From: Nitrospirota bacterium
Lineage (GTDB): Bacteria > Nitrospirota > Nitrospiria > Nitrospirales > NS-4
NCBI GenBank assembly: GCA_005877615.1
Contig: VBOD01000106.1
Span: forward strand, 2,398-66,397
DNA: 64,000 bases
Reading direction: 5' to 3'
The notes under the pieces are model-generated. The model was not told the DNA's origin and ran no database searches. It worked only from the letters and a program-made list of their open reading frames with translations. Below are positions 60,556 to 64,000 of the stretch, piece by piece (position 1 is the first letter of the stretch; every line of letters begins with the position of its first letter). The position numbers and the translations under genes were made by a program.

Positions 60556-61154
60556 TGGGCACAGTCCTCGCCTCTTCGCTCGTGATCGGCTATCTCCTCG
60601 GGGCCATTCCCGTCGGCATCTTCGCGGGACGTACGTTGGGAGGGATCGACCCACGCGAAGCGGGCAGTCGCAACATCGGATTTACCAACGTGCTCAGGGT
60701 GGCCGGCAAAGCCGCCGGGATCGTCACGCTGATCGGCGATATGGGGAAGGGAGCCTTGGCGGTACTGATTGCCCGTCACCTGCTTGGGGCTACAGGCAGT
60801 GATTGGGAGCTGGCGGCAGGCAGTGCTGCCATCCTGGGACACATGTTCCCCGTGTTTCTGCGGTTCAAAGGAGGCAAAGGCGTGGCGACCGCCTTCGGCG
60901 TGCTCTTGGCCGCCGACTGGACCGTCGGGGGCAGCTTGCTCGTCGTGTGGCTCATGAGCGCGGCGATCTGGCGGGTCTCATCCCTGGCGGCGTTGCTCGC
61001 CTTCGGGAGCCTTCCGCTCTGGGTATGGCTCTTCCATCCCAGCGCACCAATGGCGATCTTCGCAATCGGCACCACCGTCTTGATCGTGTATGGGCATCGC
61101 GCTAACATCGGTCGTCTCTTGGCAGGGACTGAAACAACAATAGGGGTGAGGTGA
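60555..61154 (+). CDS. plsY: Glycerol-3-phosphate acyltransferase PlsY
   Basis: 199 aa, with a start that overlaps the pgsA stop by 1 nt. SRNIGFTNVLR and FKGGKGVAT motifs. Confidence 0.9.
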   Translation: MGTVLASSLVIGYLLGAIPVGIFAGRTLGGIDPREAGSRNIGFTNVLRVAGKAAGIVTLIGDMGKGALAVLIARHLLGATGSDWELAAGSAAILGHMFPVFLRFKGGKGVATAFGVLLAADWTVGGSLLVVWLMSAAIWRVSSLAALLAFGSLPLWVWLFHPSAPMAIFAIGTTVLIVYGHRANIGRLLAGTETTIGVR

Positions 61155-61252
61155 TCCGTGCTGTTTCTCATGTTCCAGTTAAGGTTTTCGTAGTCCAAAA
61201 AGGGAAGTTTCTTGGAACATAAGAGTTTACATAATCGCTCTTATCCGACACA

Positions 61253-61837
61253 ATGAATCTCTTCCAATCCTCCAACCGGGCCCTATCAATCGGCTTAATC
61301 GGTCTTAAAGAGGCCTTCATGGCCGTCGCTGAGCGGGTTGCCCGCCGGGTCCAAGCGGCCAAGCTCCAGCTCCAAGCCGACGATACCGAGGCACGCCTCC
61401 GCCAAGCTTACGAATCTCTGGGGCAATGCCTGTACACGACCCACACCGCTCAGACCCCGGAGACCTTGAAGGCCATCGATGAGGCACTCCCCGTGTGTGA
61501 AAGCATTCGAGCCGAGCAACACACCCTCCAAGCCATACGGGACCGGCTGGCCTCCCAATACGAGGACGTCCTTACCGTGCCCTTGATCCGGCTCCACGAA
61601 GACCTCCAAGCCGGTGGCGGCACGGTCGAGCGCGTCACCATCGCTCCGGGCATCGGGGCCGATGGCCGGAGGCTTGCCGCCCTGTCCTTGCCGGAAAGCG
61701 TGGGGATCGTCCTGATCCGGCGGGGCGAGGCGCTCCTGTTTCCCCATGCCGAGACGGTGCTGAAGGCCGGCGATCAGGTCACTCTCGTCGGCCGGCGGTC
61801 CGCCATGCCCGCCGCGCTCCAGTCCCTTCGCGCCTGA
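61253..61837 (+). CDS. TrkA-C (RCK C-terminal) domain protein with an N-terminal coiled-coil region
   Basis: 194 aa. The C-terminal GRRLAALSLPESVGIVLIRRGEALLFPHAETVLKAGDQVTLVG is a TrkA-C pattern. Confidence 0.55.
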   Translation: MNLFQSSNRALSIGLIGLKEAFMAVAERVARRVQAAKLQLQADDTEARLRQAYESLGQCLYTTHTAQTPETLKAIDEALPVCESIRAEQHTLQAIRDRLASQYEDVLTVPLIRLHEDLQAGGGTVERVTIAPGIGADGRRLAALSLPESVGIVLIRRGEALLFPHAETVLKAGDQVTLVGRRSAMPAALQSLRA

Positions 61838-61862
61838 GCTGCCTCCCGATCACGATCAGACG

Positions 61863-61891
61863 TTGTAAACGCGTGGGCCATTTGTTAAGAT
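61863..61891 (+). promoter_or_regulatory. Candidate promoter upstream of htrA (TTGTAA-17-TAAGAT)
   Basis: TTGTAA at 61863-68, a 17-nt spacer, and TAAGAT at 61886-91. Confidence 0.3.
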
Positions 61892-61925
61892 AAGAGCGAT
61901 CTTGCTCAACCATGAGGAGCGCACC

Positions 61926-63320
61926 ATGATGTTTCGAGACCGTTCCGTGGCCTATCAGGTCCTCGGAGTTGTCCTCATACTCGGATTCCTGACAGTCACG
62001 CCGTTTTCCGGCGCGACCTTCGCTGAAGAGCTGACCGGCATCCGCCTGCTCGAGGAAATTCAGAATGTCTTCATCAACCTAGCCGACCGAGTCAAGCCGG
62101 CCGTGGTCAATATCAGCCCGGTGTCCGTTTCCACCAAATCGAGCGAAAGCCCGAGGGAGCGAGGCCAGAACAATCCAGGGACCGGCTCGGGGGTCATCGT
62201 GGACAAAGACGGGATTGTGGTGACCAACAATCACGTCGTCGGGGACGCCAAGGAGGTCGAGGTGCGGCTCTCCGACAAAAGCAAGTACGTCGGCCAGGTG
62301 ATCGGCCGCGATCCTGATACTGACCTGGCTGTCGTGAAGATCACGGCCGATCGGGCGCTTCCCACGGTGCCGTTCGGCGACTCCTCCAAGGTCCGCGTCG
62401 GCCAGTGGGTCATGGCGGTTGGCAATCCGTTCTCCCTGGACCGGACCGTCACCGTGGGGGTGGTCAGCGGCCTCGAACGCGACGCCGTCCGGCTGTCCCG
62501 CTACGAGGCCTTCATCCAGACCGACGCCTCGATCAACCCGGGCAACAGCGGAGGCCCGCTGTTCAACATCAAAGGCGAAGTGATCGGCATCAACACCGCC
62601 ATCATCAACTACGCCCAGGGCATCGGGTTCGCCATCCCCTCCAATATGGCGCAACAGGTCGTCAGCCAACTCCGTTCCAAGGGGAAGGTCGTCCGCGGCT
62701 GGCTGGGCATCGGCATCCAGGAGGTCACCGCGGAGCTGGCCACCAAATTCGGCATCAAGGAATCCGACGGCGTCCTGGTGAACGACGTCTTTGAGAACGA
62801 GCCCGCCGCGCGCGCCGGTCTGAAGCCGGGCGACATCATCGCGAAGGTGGAAGGGCGCCGCGTGGAGACGCCCTCCGCCCTGTCCCGTAGCGTGGCCGGG
62901 CTGGCCCCGGGCACCAAGGTGGAACTGGAGATCATCCGGAACGGCGAACACCGCCCCCTGACCGTCGACTTGGGCGAGCGCAAGGAGGAGACCATCGTCG
63001 CGTCGATCCCCTCCCCGCCTCCTCAGCCGGAGGTCAAGCTCGGGCTCAACGTGCAGGATCTCACCCCCGACCTGGCCGAAAAGTTCAAGATCAAGGACCA
63101 GCGAGGAGTGCTGATCAGCAAAATTGATCCGGGCAGCGTGGCCCAGGAGCAGGGCCTGCGTGAAGGCGACCTCATCAAGGAAGTCAACCGGCAGCTCGTC
63201 ACCTCAGCGGAGGAGTTCAAGACGGCGGTGGCCCAGACCAAGACGGGCGACTCGGTACTCCTGCGTGTGGTGCGGGAAAATCGCGCGTTCTATTCCGTCC
63301 TGAGCCCCAGAGAGAAATAA
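61926..63320 (+). CDS. htrA: Periplasmic serine endoprotease DegP/HtrA (trypsin-like domain plus two PDZ domains)
   Basis: ATG 61926 lies 6 nt after a GAGGAG SD (the ORF track starts at TTG 61902). Catalytic TNNHVV, D and GNSGGPL, with two PDZ-like regions. Confidence 0.9.
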   Translation: MMFRDRSVAYQVLGVVLILGFLTVTPFSGATFAEELTGIRLLEEIQNVFINLADRVKPAVVNISPVSVSTKSSESPRERGQNNPGTGSGVIVDKDGIVVTNNHVVGDAKEVEVRLSDKSKYVGQVIGRDPDTDLAVVKITADRALPTVPFGDSSKVRVGQWVMAVGNPFSLDRTVTVGVVSGLERDAVRLSRYEAFIQTDASINPGNSGGPLFNIKGEVIGINTAIINYAQGIGFAIPSNMAQQVVSQLRSKGKVVRGWLGIGIQEVTAELATKFGIKESDGVLVNDVFENEPAARAGLKPGDIIAKVEGRRVETPSALSRSVAGLAPGTKVELEIIRNGEHRPLTVDLGERKEETIVASIPSPPPQPEVKLGLNVQDLTPDLAEKFKIKDQRGVLISKIDPGSVAQEQGLREGDLIKEVNRQLVTSAEEFKTAVAQTKTGDSVLLRVVRENRAFYSVLSPREK

Positions 63321-63343
63321 ACCACTCCCGCGGCGCGCCCCGC

Positions 63344-64000
63344 TCAGTGTGCGGGCGCCGCCGCTTTGGCCTGCTTCTGCTCCTCGAGAATCCGCACCGC
63401 CAGCTCGCGAGGCACCTCCTCGTACGTCAAGAAATCCATGGAATAGGTCGCGCGTCCCCCCGTCAAGGAGTTCAAGGCCGAGGAGTATTTCAACATCTCC
63501 GCCAGCGGGACTGCGGCCTTGATGATGGTGCCGTGGGCCTTCGGCACAGTATCCTGGATTCGCCCACGCCGGCCGTTCAGGTCCCCGATCACCGCCCCCA
63601 TGAATTCGTCCGGCGTGCTGACCTCCACCGTCATGATCGGCTCAAGCAGGACCGGCGCCGCCTGCTCCATGGCCTTCTTGAACCCCATCGAAGCCGCGAT
63701 CTTGAACGCCATTTCCGATGAATCCACGTCGTGGTAGGACCCGTCATAGAGGGTCACGCGGAAGTCGACCACGGGAAAGCCTCCGAGGATGCCTTCGTGC
63801 ATCGCCTCGACGACTCCCTTTTCAACCGCGGGGATAAAGTTCCGGGGAATGGCCCCACCGACGATCTCATCCACGAACTGAAACCCGGCTCCGCGCTTGA
63901 GCGGTTCGAGTTTCAGCCACGCGTCGCCGTACTGGCCGTGCCCCCCGGTCTGTTTTTTGTACTTCCCCTGCGCGGAGGCGGTCTTGCGGATGGTCTCCTT
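63344..64000 (-). CDS. fusA: Elongation factor G, C-terminal part (gene continues beyond the right edge)
   Basis: Domains IV-V of EF-G ([34 protein letters not shown]...G.VIGDLN.RRG). The reading frame stays open upstream of the ORF-track Met out to 64000. Confidence 0.9.
   Translation of the reverse strand, partial: KETIRKTASAQGKYKKQTGGHGQYGDAWLKLEPLKRGAGFQFVDEIVGGAIPRNFIPAVEKGVVEAMHEGILGGFPVVDFRVTLYDGSYHDVDSSEMAFKIAASMGFKKAMEQAAPVLLEPIMTVEVSTPDEFMGAVIGDLNGRRGRIQDTVPKAHGTIIKAAVPLAEMLKYSSALNSLTGGRATYSMDFLTYEEVPRELAVRILEEQKQAKAAAPAH

Noticed and set aside
61218-61243. 7-bp inverted repeat ATAAGAG-N12-CTCTTAT upstream of the TrkA-C gene
   Set aside because: Short and isolated, with no adjacent T-tract or recognisable operator family. 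It is noted but not annotated.

Overview
The window is GC-rich bacterial chromosome from a diderm organism, shown by Kdo/heptose LPS genes, Pal and many lipoproteins. The proteins remind me of Nitrospira/Nitrospirota, but I cannot verify that without a search. Coding density is high, with many 1-4 nt start/stop overlaps. I found no rRNA, CRISPR array, transposase or integrase.

Gene content from left to right:
- 0.1-4.7 kb: five consecutive lipoprotein genes (LPP20/FlgP-like, LpoB-like, a COG3014-like TPR protein, an LPP20-domain protein, Slp).
- 4.7-10.2 kb, minus strand: an AI-2E permease, a Ski2/HelY-type helicase encoded as two genes in swapped order, a zinc-ribbon membrane protein and two unknown proteins.
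- 10.5-19.1 kb: a Pil-Chp/Tfp-like chemosensory cluster with no CheB or CheR in the window.
- 19.1-20.5 kb: an AT-richer islet abutting the 3' end of tRNA-Phe(GAA).
- 20.7-28.0 kb: a six-gene Hyf-like membrane complex whose 'hydrogenase' large subunit lacks all four NiFe-binding cysteines (Ehr-like).
- 28.1-30.6 kb: a RelE/ParE toxin-antitoxin pair plus small DUF genes.
- 30.6-40.8 kb: a pyrR-pyrB-pyrC ... carA ... carB-greA cluster. It begins with a PyrR-type attenuator and is interrupted by envelope genes.
- 44.8-47.6 kb: an envelope operon with an orphan Pal, preceded by phased hexamer repeats.
- 47.9-53.1 kb: an OmpR-type two-component system, a ZIP transporter and bioA.
- 53.2-61.2 kb: lepA-lepB-hldA-kdsB-pyrG-kdsA-pgsA-plsY.
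- 61.2-64.0 kb: a TrkA-C protein, htrA and a partial EF-G gene.

The best candidates for something undescribed are the cysteine-less Hyf/Ehr-like complex, the split and order-swapped helicase, the five-lipoprotein cluster, and the orphan-Pal operon with its putative response-regulator boxes.

All family assignments come from reading motifs by eye. No database search was run.
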